The notes under the pieces were generated by a model, which was given only the letters and a program-made list of their open reading frames with translations, was not told the origin of the DNA and did not search any database. The position numbers were made by a program, and so were the translations under genes. From Lama glama (Eukaryota): a stretch of 64,000 nt of DNA. Location: NCBI GenBank assembly GCA_028534125.1, contig CM052816.1, positions 96,970,001 through 97,034,000 of the forward strand. The letters are read 5' to 3'. Shown one piece after another: positions 37,522-48,793 of the stretch. The stretch's first letter is position 1; each line of letters begins with the position of its first letter.

Positions 37522-38590
37522 TGTTGTAGGTGCTGGTTTCCAAATGAGGCTACAGCAATGTTTCTGGTCTCACATGTATTTTTCCAGGACTTTGCCGCCC
37601 CCCCCCGCCATGCAACGCTGGAGCATGGGTCTCCTTCCCTTGAACCTGGGCTGTTGCAGTAGCCACTGCTATGAATAGACGAAGCAGTACTTCCAAGCCT
37701 GGCTCTCTCCCTGTCGGGAGACTCACCCTTGAACCCAGCCACCACGTTGAGAAGAACCTCAGGCCACATGGAAAGGACATGCGTAGATGTTTCAGGCAAT
37801 GGCCCAGGTTACATGTGACAGCCACACATGTGAGTGAACAAAATCTTGTAACTGAGCAGGACCCTACGCGGCCTTCCTGGAACAGACACCCCCCAACACC
37901 ATGATTTCCAGCTGCCTCTTGTCTGTAGGAAAACTTTAGACTCCTAGGCCTTCTCCAAGTTCTAGGAGTGCATTTAATTAGAGAAGTGAGAAAATGCAGA
38001 AAGAATAGGAAACAGTCAAGCAAAACAAAATAGTAATAATTGAGCAAGTAAACAGTCAAAGACCCTTACTTCCTCCTCAAGGGCTGTAGATAATATCCTG
38101 AGCGTGTCCTTTGAGCTGTTTCACAGATACTGAAACTCCCACCAGCAGAAGAAGTTAACTGTGTGCTGCCCACAAGCACTTAGACCCCAGCCCAGTTGAA
38201 ACCAGAATGATGATGTTGACTCCCAGTTACTTCACCAGCAACCAGTCAGAACAATGTCCATGAGCTGATCACACAGCCCACAGCCCCCTCCCGCACCCTG
38301 TCTTTGAAAACCTTACTCTGAAAGCCATCAGGGAATTTGAGTCCTTGGAGCACTAGCTGCCTGGACTCCTTGCTTGGCACCTGCAATAAATGCCACACGT
38401 TCCCTCACCAGAACCCAGGCTCGGTAGATTGCTTTACTGTGTGTTGGGGAGTGGGCCCAGGTTTGGTTCCATACCAGCCTCAGATGGTTCCAGGACTTCA
38501 CCCTCAACACCTGCCTTGAACTGCATAGGCCCATGTTGAGAATTTTCCTTAAAAATTCTGCTCTTTAAGGCCACCTCTGAGTGAGTGGAA
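37522..38590 (+). mobile_element. MaLR MLT1F/G-like LTR split by an ERV1 LTR
   Basis: cccttgaacctgggc; gaacccagccaccacgttgagaagaa...gccacatgga; catgtgagtgaa [LTR] gcctcagatggttccag. Confidence 0.65.
37847..38476 (+). mobile_element. ERV1-type solo LTR (nested in MLT1)
   Basis: TG...CA ends (tgtaactgagcaggacc...tttggttccatacca); AATAAA 38385-38390. Confidence 0.85.
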
Positions 38591-39044
38591 AAGGGCCTTC
38601 CTTCTCTGCCCAGCACTAGCCTGCAGCCTGGGGGGGTGGAGGGTGTCCAGTGGTTCTGAGACCTGCTGGGGGTCTTCAGCGTTGTCATGAGTCTGGGGCG
38701 GCAGGTGGGTCTTCCAGGGGCTTTGCAGGCAGAGCTCTTGGACCAGTGGTAATTTGCTCACCAAGGCACAGGCTTATTTGTGGGGACACATGGAGCATTC
38801 TCGAAGGACTTTCAGAAGTCACTGGGATGGGAGGGGGTTTCCTTGTGGGAAAGAACTGACGCTCCTACATGGTGGGGACTTAAACTAGGGATGTACCCAC
38901 TACAAGGTCTTGCACAAGCATGTCCCTGCCCCCCAGGCCACACCTGTGATCCCTCAGGGGCGAGGTCTACACTGTTCATCCAGAGGGGCCTCACCTTATT
39001 GAAACTATATACACTCATCTGCTCAGGATCATTCAGAATTCTAG

Positions 39045-39470
39045 ATGGTTTTCACCAGTAAAACTGGCAAACATTAAAAACATAATCCTCTTGAGCTGAT
39101 AGGATGCTTGGAAGTAAACAATGTGACATACCGCAGGAGGAAAGAACTTTGCCAAAGAGCAATTTAGCAATGACACCAAAAGCCTGAAATATATGCATAA
39201 ATTTGACCCTATAACTTTGTTTACAGGACTGTAACTTAAGAACCTAGTCGTGGGTGTCCACACAAAAAAGTATGTCTGCAAGACATTCACTGAACTTTTG
39301 TTTTCAATAGTGATTGTTGGAAACCACCTAAATCTCCAGAACAGATCAGGTATTCCTGTAATTGAAATTATAGCTGCTGAAAACGATTAAAAGAATACCT
39401 GTGAGCATTTGCATGGGAAAGTACGCCTGCTAGGACGTTAGGAAAGAAGGGGCCTGTCAGACAGCACTTT
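39045..39470 (+). mobile_element. L1ME-like ORF2-end/3' fragment
   Basis: aaactggcaaacattaaaaa; tttgaccctataact; tggaaaccacctaaat. Confidence 0.65.
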
Positions 39471-39529
39471 GAACCCAAATGCACAGCATCCTTCACCTAA
39501 GAAACACAATCACAAGGTATGCTGCCATC

Positions 39530-39992
39530 TCCAGGTGGAAGGAGTGGGTGGCAAGCTTGGCCCTTGGGCTACACATTCTCCCTTCCCATCCACCTCCTCG
39601 CTAACAGTCCTGATCACGTTTGGGATCACAATGTGCCAAAGCACAAAGCTGTGTTTCCCAAACCTCCCTATTGCCGGTCAGTTAGATGAAGCAGAGAGCT
39701 GCTACAGATTTTTGAGAAAGTGGATGTGAAGGGCCCCCACTTTTCTCCTCAATTTCTCTTAATTCCCATCCTTCCTTCTCTTCATTTCTAAAATTCAGAT
39801 ATAATACTTGGAGTTAGAGAAGCTGTCTATTGACCATGAGAGGGAAAACCTCCAGGGTCAGGAGGGTGAAGAGATGCTGGTACTTGAAGGTATTTCTGAG
39901 CTTCTGCACTAGCCCTGGACTAATTACATGAAAAGTAATGCCCCACACAACATTAAACCACCATTTCTGTTACTAACATTTTGAACTGATAC
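39530..39992 (+). mobile_element. Old ERVL-class LTR (LTR16/LTR33-like)
   Basis: tgtgtttcccaaacctccct; ttggagttagagaagctgtctattgaccatgag; ctgcactagccctggact; ends actgataca. Confidence 0.45.
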
Positions 39993-40006
39993 AAATGTAC
40001 AAAACA

Positions 40007-40164
40007 GGGAGAGAGAACAGCTCATTGGTAGAGCATGTGTTTAGCACAAGGTCCTGGGTTCAATCCCCAGTCCCTCCATTTAAATAAAAATCAAAACCTA
40101 ATTACCTCCGCCCTCTAAAAAACCCAAAAAATAAAATTAAAATTGAAAAACAAGTGCATTTTTT
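40007..40164 (+). mobile_element. Vic-1-type tRNA-derived SINE
   Basis: agctcattggtagagc (A box), ggttcaatccc (B box), aaacctaattacctcc; TSD aaatgtacaaaac at 39993-40005 and 40165-40177. Confidence 0.92.
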
Positions 40165-41033
40165 AAATGTACAAAACTTCAAATACAGAGTCAGTTTAAA
40201 GTTTTTAATAAAATGTATGCTTTAAAATGTATTTTAATGGTATAAAATTACAGAAGCAACTAGAGAATATTTCACATAGCCAGAGAGAATATATGTGGAA
40301 AGGCCTTCCAAATAGTTTACTGAAAATATTTTTGTAATAGTGTTAAAATATATTATTTTCCTAAATATCCTTCTCATAAAATTTCATGGATGCACCTCAT
40401 ATTAACAGCTGTGGTGGCTGGAAATAAAAATGGGCCTTTCTGTCAGCACATAAGTGGTGGTATTTGCCATTTCCAGGCATGTTAGCTGTCAGGTAGTTGG
40501 AAAGCAATGACTGTCTTCTCTGCACAACTTAATTGCTTGTCCTGGGAAAATAGAGCTATTTCAGCACGAGGCGTTGGAGCTAGCCAAGATGTAAAAGCAC
40601 CACAACAGCAAAGCTGCAAAATTCCACATAAAAAGCTAGAAAACGTCTTGTGTTGGTCCAAAATAAATACAAAAAGTGCACTGATGCCTTTAGCGTCCTG
40701 TCAGATACACTTTTAAGTGTTGGTGTCTTTGGCATTTATTCTGTCTATGGAGCTGAAAACTGCACAATTAGGAGAATGCTCCATGCAACTGCCTTAGGCT
40801 GAAAGCAGCTCATCTCTGTTTGATGTCAGTAGCATCTCCAAACTTCAGTGCTCCTTAAATCCAAGACTGGAAGAGCACTGAAGAGCTGGAAGCATTGTTG
40901 CTTCACAGTGATATCTCTCAGCCTCCTCCACTGCATCTTTCACTTTCACTCGTCCATCTCCCTTTGTTCCCTTACCAATCAGCAACACATTCCCTCTGTC
41001 CTGGAGGAGGAAGGAATGGGCAAACCTTCAGTC

Positions 41034-41570
41034 TGACTGGATAAAGAAGCTGTGGTATATTTCTACAATGGAATACTACTCAGTCATAAAAAAGAATAAA
41101 ATAAAGCCATTTGCTGCAACACGGATGTATCTGGAGATCATCATTCTAAGTGAAGTAAGTCAGAGAAAGAAATATATCATATGATATCACTTATATATGG
41201 AATCTTAAAAAGACTCAAATGAACTTATTTACAAAACAGAAACAAACTCACAGACATAGAAAACAAACATAGTTACAGGGGCACAGGGGTAGGGAGGAAA
41301 GTAAGTGGGAAAGGATAAATTGGGAATTCAAAATTTGCAAATAGTAACTATTATATATAAAAATAGATAAACAACAAACTTATACTGTATAGCACAGAGA
41401 ACTATATTCAATATCTTGTAGTAATTTATAGTGAAAAAGAATACGAAAACAAATATATACATGTTCCTATATGACTGAAGCATTGTGCTGTGCACCAGAA
41501 ATTGACACATCATAGACTGACCATACTTCATAAAAATTTTTTTTAACTTCAAAAAATAAAAATAAAAGAA
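41034..41570 (+). mobile_element. Young artiodactyl/camelid-type L1 3' end
   Basis: tgactggataaagaagctgtggtatatt...caatggaatactactcag; tgctgtgcaccagaaattgacaca; A-rich tail. Confidence 0.92.
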
Positions 41571-43010
41571 TAAAGCTGCTATCAACATTCATGTAAATAG
41601 GTTTTCACTTCTCTTTGGCTCAGTGGCTGGGAGGGCTGGCTGAGTTGCTTGATGAGTATATGTTTAGATTTACAAGAAACTGCCCATTTGTCTTCGAAGT
41701 GTTTACACCACTTTGTTTCCTCACTGACAACTTTGTGCCACATACGACCACGTTTGTGTGGACCTATGTCAGTAACCTGAATTTTCTACCCTCGCTTCCT
41801 AGGTGCTATTGTGATTCCTCTTCATTATTCTGCTCATGTTAAAACCCTTCAATATGTCGCTATTTGAACACTCAATTTTCTTTTGATGAGTTTAAAAAAT
41901 GAGAATAATTTCTTTTATTGTTTTATCCACATACTATTTCCAGCATGCCTCATTACGTTATGGCAATTTATATTTCTGTCTGGTATTATTTTTTGTTCTT
42001 CCTGATGAACTTTAACACTTCTCTTAATGCAGGTCTGGTAATTAATTACTGGTAATTAACTCTTTCAGCTTTTGTCTGGAAAAAAACATCCTTTATTTCA
42101 TTTTACTTATAAAAGACATTTTTGCTAAAATTATAATTCTGCCATAATAACTTTTTTCCTTCCAGTACTTTAAAAATTCTGTTCCATATTCTTCTGCTTT
42201 GCACAGTTTCTGAAAAGAATTCTGCTAGAATCTTACCTTTGTTTCTCTGTATGTAACGTGTTTGTTCCTCTAGCTGCTTTGAGATGGTCTATCATTGGTT
42301 CTCAGAAATTTGATTATGATGTCCCTTAGTGAGGTTTTCCTTTTTTCTTCTGCTTGGGTTCTGTTGACCTTCTTGAATCTGTAGGTTTATCATTTATACT
42401 AAATTTGGAAAAATATTGGCCACTTATTTCTTCAAATATTTTTTGTTTCCCCTTCTCCTCTCCTCTGAGTTTGCAATTATACACAACCACTTCGTACAAG
42501 CCACTGGCATTCTGTTATTTCTTTTCCAGTCTCTCCTCTCTTTGTTTCATTTAGGATAATTTTTATTAGTATGTTTTTTTTTTCTTCTGCAGTGGGTAAT
42601 CTGCTTACACTTTTTGAATATCAGGTATTGCATGTTTCAACTCTGAAATTTCCATGTAGGTCTTTTAAAATTTTTATACATTTCTTTCCTCATTGTTTTC
42701 CTTTAGGTTCTTGAGCATATGAAGAATATTTATAATAGCACTTTAATATCTTTGGTAATCCCAGCATCTCTTTTATTTCTAATTATTGCCATTTTCCTGA
42801 TTTGGGCTCATATTTTCCTGCTTAATTGCATATTTGGTAATTTTGAATGAATCCTAGAAATTATGAGTTTTATTTTATTTTGTTATTTTATTATGTTGGT
42901 TAGGGTTTTTTTTTAATATTCCTTTATAGAGTGTTGGACTTCAGTCTGATTCTTATGAAACTTGCTTTTAAGCCGTGTTTTGGTAGGTCCATGGTAGACT
43001 TTATATAGAC
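41571..43010 (-). mobile_element. Old L1M fragments (short ORF2-end piece, then ORF1-region piece)
   Basis: T-rich; taaagctgctatcaacattcatgta; ctctttcagcttttgtctggaa; tttgattatgatgtccctt; cttatttcttcaaatatttttt. Confidence 0.75.
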
Positions 43011-45264
43011 TAGTTTTTAACAATAATTTCTATGCTAAGTTCTTCAGTTACATGTAGTATGAATGAAGAACCCCAAACCAATGCATATTACAGGCTGGAG
43101 TTTCTGTTTTCTCATGGGTTTCTATTTTCCAAGCATAGCTTACAAGTAGAGTTCCACATGGGCACTGGGTCGCTAAAGAGTGAGCAAAGGTTTTTCTAGT
43201 CCTTATATTCTGACCTTACATAAAAATTTCTTTCCAGTTCCAACCAGATCAAGAGAACATTGTCCTTACAGGGACATTAAACACCTAGTTTTAAGACAGT
43301 ATCTGTTCCTGATATCCCCAGGGGATGCTCTGCTCCCATGTTCAATATACTCAATACCCACTCAGGCTTTGGATTTAAATCCCCCCTCATCTTAGGCACC
43401 TGTGGTGGGTTTTTTCCCTTGCAAATTTCCCAGCTACACATTTTACTTTACATTGACTATATTTATTCAGCATGTGCATGTTTTTGACGTGTGTGCATTT
43501 GGTGAGAGATTGAGGAGAAGGATATTCCAGGTCAGCACAGTCCCCCATAGACTTGAATTTTCATGGCTCTCTCTACGGGAGATGGTTCCAGAGACTCACA
43601 GTTGCCATGGGTACTGGTAGAACTCTTGACAAAGGAATTTGGGTCTGTATAAGCCTTCATGTGAATCTACTGAAAAACATCTTGCTTTTCTCAGATTATC
43701 TAAAATGCATAGAATATCTCTCTATTGTAAAAATTGATATCTTCTGTGTTACAGAAAGAGAATACCAAGGAAACTCAAAAGTTTCATATACCTGAGTGTT
43801 CATTAGTAACCAACCTGGAGGTCACTCTCCTGAGACTTTCCTTATCCTTCATTTTAACTCTGTAATTCAGTGAAACAGCACTAGTTTAAACATGGAAAGC
43901 AAGATGTTTTCCTCAACATAAGCTCCGTATGGTCTACCTTAATGCTAATTAGCAAAATATTCTGTTTTAATCAACAATTTAGTTTAAGGGACTTTAGGCA
44001 TTTTTTCATAAACATTTTGGATGGTAAAGTGTTAGGCATCAGAACTTTCGCTGAATTTGTTTTTATTTTTATTTCCTTAAAGCTATTCTTTGAGTAGTAG
44101 CAGAGTGAGCTGCAGGGGCATGGATGGCTTAGTTCGGGGACACACTGGGCACAGTAGTCCGGAGGTGATACAAAAGCAACCTAGGCCAGCTTCCCCACGG
44201 GAAATAGCTTCTCTCTTCAAAACCCATCCTGTCACAAAGGAGAAAATCCAATGTAATTTAGCAGATACAACAAACTTCTTCTCAAAAGAGACAAAAATTG
44301 CAACTTTCTTTCTAACTTGTCCATTTGAGAGTTGGACATTTTGACATGGTTTTCTTCTTCAGGTTGTCAAAATTTTGTAAACATCAGTGTCCAATTCTGG
44401 TAGCATGAATGTAGGCTTGAGATGTGCTTTGGATTTTGGCCCTTTATCCTTTCCCTGCCTTTGTTTCCAAATATCCAATCTTTCTCCTTATTATTATTGG
44501 GATTAAACTTGGGCAAATTGGGTAAAATTCTGTCTCCTCCTGGGTTGGAAAACAACTCATTGTTGGCTCCAAATGATGATGGCCTTCACTCACAAAGGGT
44601 CATCTTCGCAAGCTCCAAAGACTCTTATGGCCCAACAACATGATCTGCTGTAGCCCAGATTCCATTTTAATTTTATCATACTGGCAAAACTTGTTTTCTG
44701 AAAAGCTTTCAGAAAACAGCCTGACTACATTGTAAAGTTAACAGCGATGGGTTTTAAGATAAACAGGACAGTGGGCTATTTTCTAAGCACTGAGAGCTCA
44801 CCCCCACATCTTGGTCTCCAGGTTTGGCAATTTCACATTTGCTGACTGTCAAGGACCAAGGGTCCATCCTTAACAAAAGCCCAGTTCCTGCCTTTCATGC
44901 TCTCAACGCACCCGTCATCTCTCCCTCTTTGTCTCACTCTAGATTTACAAAACTCTTGTCACCCGGCTGTGCCGCATTTGTTGCCTCCGGGTCCAGGAAA
45001 GGACCACCACTCCTGGTGGTGTCTTCCAGGGCTCCAGTTCCTCCCGTTACAGCAGTTTGAGCTGGAAGCTCAGGTTGGTACCAGCAGCCCCTGCTATGGA
45101 AGAGCCTAGGAAAGCTTCCCTCAGCTGGACCACCTCCACCCTTAACTGTTTCATGTAATTGTGTTTCACATAAATTTTATTTTGAAAAGAAAGTTGCTGC
45201 ACAACTTAAAACAAAAGTCAAGGTCACTCATTTTAAGAGTAGTTTTTGTTTCTTGGTAAAGATT

Positions 45265-46560
45265 CCCAGGACCTCCGCGCCTGGCTCCCTTGGTCTTTTC
45301 ATGTGTCCCCTTTCCTCTCACCTCGCTCCACAGAAATGCTCTTTTCCTGCCAAACTCTTTCTTTACCCCCAGCCTCACCGCCGCGGGCGTCCTCACTTCC
45401 TTTCACCGGCTGATACTCTTGCTTCCCCGGGGACTCGGCTCCTGCGCACCCGACGGCCCCTTCCCCGGTCCTGCCCCTGCGAACTCCCAGCGCGGGGGCA
45501 GCTAACCAGCGCCCAAGGGAGTCATTTCAGCTGCACAAATTCCAGTTTTCCGTAATTTTAGACAAAGATTTGAATTTTCAGGAAGGCATCCTGCTATGAA
45601 TTACTCCTGTGAAAGAGTAGTAGATTTGTATTTAGATTCACCAGCTGTAAAAGGGCTGGTTTTTGCTAGACTGTGTTTCTCCAAGTAGGTGCCCGTCCCC
45701 TGCCCCCAGGGCTGAGGCGTTTGGATGCGGTCGGTTGACCTGATTTGGCAGTTGGCCCCCATATTGTGAGGACAAGAAAGTGTGGATGAATGAGAAGAGG
45801 AAGAAGAAAAGAGGAAAGCACTTAATTTGGAGGTTTCTTAATGAACGCAGCTCGGTGTGGACAATTGTTAAACTCGTTAACATGCCTTACAGGGTCCGTC
45901 CCGCTGGCCATCACCCACCAGCCACTTCCCACGCGGGGCTGGCTCTCATCGGGGGGTTTTCAGGACCTCTCCCTGCACGTGCAGTGACTGTACCGTCCTG
46001 GTCGCGGACAAAGCTCCCACATTCACGCTACAAGCTGCACACAGTGACATGACCTGTTCTCCTGTGCACCCAGTTTACTGACACACGTTTCTGTTCACAC
46101 CTAGTTTACTCGTGGACGCTCTCTGACCCGGTTCACTTCGAGAGAGCGACGGGCACAGGCGGGCTGGAGCGGGTGTGCTCAGGCAGCTGAGGGACCCCCG
46201 AGGGCTCCCGGCTCCCCCACCTGCCCCTCAGGTGCTCCCCGGGTGCTCAGCCCGCTGCCACCTGCCTCCCAGGGCCTCGGGAGCCCCCAGGCTGCATCCA
46301 CGGGCAGGAGCCCCACTCACAGCCGCACCCCAGGAAGGGCCCCCTCTTCTCCTCACCAGGGTCCACTGCCCTCCCTCAAAGCAGCCGCTCCTGCTCCCGC
46401 CTCTGCTTGGAGCGGCTACCCCTCCACCAGCCGTGGGAGAAAGCCAGCGCTGTCACCAAGGGCGCTGTCCTTGTTCCCAAGACCCCAGGGCTCAGGGGAC
46501 GGAGAGCTCTGGTCCCACGCAGAAGAGGGGAGGCGGCATTCACCCCAGCTTATGCCACGC
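45265..46560. promoter_or_regulatory. CpG/GC-rich patches (CpG-island-like), function unknown
   Basis: Dense CpGs at ~45265-45515 (ccgccgcgggcg, cccgacggc, agcgcggggg) and ~45890-46560, against a CpG-poor background. Confidence 0.35.
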
Positions 46561-46888
46561 TTCACTGCAATAGCTAAACTGCTTTTAATCCCCAAAGACT
46601 CAGAGGTCCCTCATGAAAAGAGTTCATACCAGAGCCTCGCCCTGAAGCATCACATCAACTGATGTCCCACTTCTAGTGTTGAGTGGGGAACAGCCCATCA
46701 CTGCGTCAGCCCTCCGTGCTGGTGTCCCACTCACAGCACCCCAGGAGTGCCAGATTCCCCCAGGGTATCTGCCTTCCTCCTCAAAAGCCATAAAAAGCTT
46801 ATAAACATGTAAAAAGAGATGTATGTGAAGGTCATGTATTTACCCAACAGCTGTTAAACTCTCAACTTCCATCATTGTCTCTTTTGTC

Positions 46889-46950
46889 AAAAAAAAAAAA
46901 AGACAAAAGAAAAACTAAACTAAACTAAACTAAAATAAAATAAAATAAAA
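46889..46950 (+). repeat. Poly(A) plus (AAACT)n(AAAAT)n microsatellite
   Basis: Seen directly. Confidence 0.9.
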
Positions 46951-47526
46951 GCTACCCGGCCTTAAGCACTCATGTCTTTCCGATTCTCTCAAGTGCAGAG
47001 TCTAAGTTAATTAGCAGCCTTAACTGATTCGGGCACAGCCGTCTTACCCACAATTTCTCAATGAGTTGAAGTGTCTCACACTCTCCCTTTGAAGAGGTTT
47101 CCACTCATGAGGACAGTATCACCGTAGTTGCAGACAAAACTCCCCCCCTAAGGGCTCTACTACTATTATGTGTTTGCACATGTTCTTCCATCATCATTTG
47201 AGGGCAAGAGATGGCGTTGCTCTGACAGGTTCCCCTGTATTTCACAATGAAGAATGAAGAATCTCAATGGCTTCCTTGACATTGGCACCTTTGCAACGGA
47301 TCATTGTAACCTGTTTGTGATTTTGTTGAGTCCTGAAAACTCCCAAGGTTGTGTCATTGACCTAATGTTATTGACATGCCCCTGTTCTGGGATTTCCAGT
47401 GCTCTTCCCCTCTTCACATGCTGCATATTTTTTTCCTTTCCAATTGTGCAAGCACTCAGCTACCACAAGGACATTCTGATAAAACACTACTTCTTGAAAT
47501 ATCATTTACATTGGTACTCAGTCTAG

Positions 47527-47755
47527 TAATAGTAATAATAACAGCTGACATTTGTTGAAATTACATCCCTATCTGACCAGGAATTTTTCTAAGTGCTTTA
47601 TATGTATTAACTCACAGAATCATTAACATGTCCCAACAAGAGAGGTGTTGTAATTATCCCCATTTTGCAGACGGAAAACTGAGAGGTTCATTAGCATCCC
47701 AAGGTCGCAGTAAGTGGCAGAGTCAGAGCCTGAGGCCAGGCAGTCCCGTCCACTT
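47527..47755 (-). mobile_element. MIR SINE
   Basis: ataataacagctgacatttgttga...tctaagtgctttatatgtattaactca...attatccccattttgcagacggaaaactgag. Confidence 0.88.
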
Positions 47756-48661
47756 AGCTGAATGACCTTCATTCGCATGAGTGGGCAATTGTAGTTTCCT
47801 TCTGCAACTTGCCGCATTAGTTTGAGGTTATCGTTTTTTAAGGGGGCAAAAATGCACTTCGGCAGATTTAAAAGCCCATATACAAATGCAGTATATTACT
47901 CTGACACTTTGTGCAGTCAAGGGCTTTTTGCATTTTTTCCTAAGGTTTATATGGTAAAGGATAAGTCAAATCATTTTGAAAAGTACTGAATATCATATAA
48001 CAAAAGTTTAGAAAAGAATGTTTCAGAATATGTGATCATAATCTCTCAGACTGTTAAAATGTGAGCATTCCCTAGGCCTGAGTTCACCTGAAAGACCAAA
48101 CAGCTTAGGAAATTACCCTGAAGCTCCCCACAACCCGCCCCCTGACGCCCCAGTCTTCCTGTGTCGCATGGCTCACGCTAGTAGTGCACAGCTGTGACCA
48201 GGTAGTGATGGCTTCTCGCTGCACCGTGATCTTCCTGAGAGCAGGGAATTGGGATCCTTTATTTCTTTGTATCAGCACTGTGTCTCCAGAATTAACAAAA
48301 GTTCATGGATTTGAACGGACTCTCTTCCTTTCCTTGGCACACCCCAAGCCAGGAGCAGTGAGCTTTCTGACGTCTATTGGCATAGTTAAGTTGGCAGAGT
48401 CAGACACAAAATTGCATTTTCAGTTCAAGTTGAGGCTTGCACACGCGTCTCCATTTCTACCGCTCCAGGCACCTTGCTGGTACAAGTTGGTTTTCAAATT
48501 CCCTCAGATTTATTCAGGTCAAAAAACCACTCAGAAGCAAAGTCAGACGTGGACCCGTAATTGATGGAGGCTGGTCTTGCTCTGAGCATTTGGCTTTTCT
48601 TCTATATTATTCTTTTCTTAACAGAACCTCAGTCTTCTTGCTGTTTCTAAACCACAGACAA

Positions 48662-48793
48662 GGGGGGAGGGTGTAGCTCAGTGGTAGAGCGCATGCCTAG
48701 CATGCATGAGGTCCTGGATTCATTCCCAATACTTCCATCAAAATAAAAAAAAAAATAAACCTAATTACCTCTCCCCCTAAAATAAAATAAAAT
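48662..48793 (+). mobile_element. Vic-1-type tRNA-derived SINE
   Basis: ggggagggtgtagctcagtggtagagcgcatgcctagcatgcatgaggtcctgg...aaacctaattacctc; TSD aaaccacagaca (48649-48660) / aaatcacagaca (48794-48805). Confidence 0.95.

Noticed and set aside
37550..38059. 169-aa ORF, and the 152-aa ORF at 15380-15838
   Set aside because: Lie within LTR sequence; no gag/pol/env similarity.
46175..46662. 132-139 aa ORFs in the GC-rich block
   Set aside because: Explained by stop-codon scarcity; non-ATG starts; no domain recognised.
48662..48740. tRNA-Ala-like gene (also ~40007 and ~24800)
   Set aside because: Has the SINE tail (aaacctaattacctc), A-rich end and TSDs, with degenerate stems; these are Vic-1-type SINEs, not tRNA genes.
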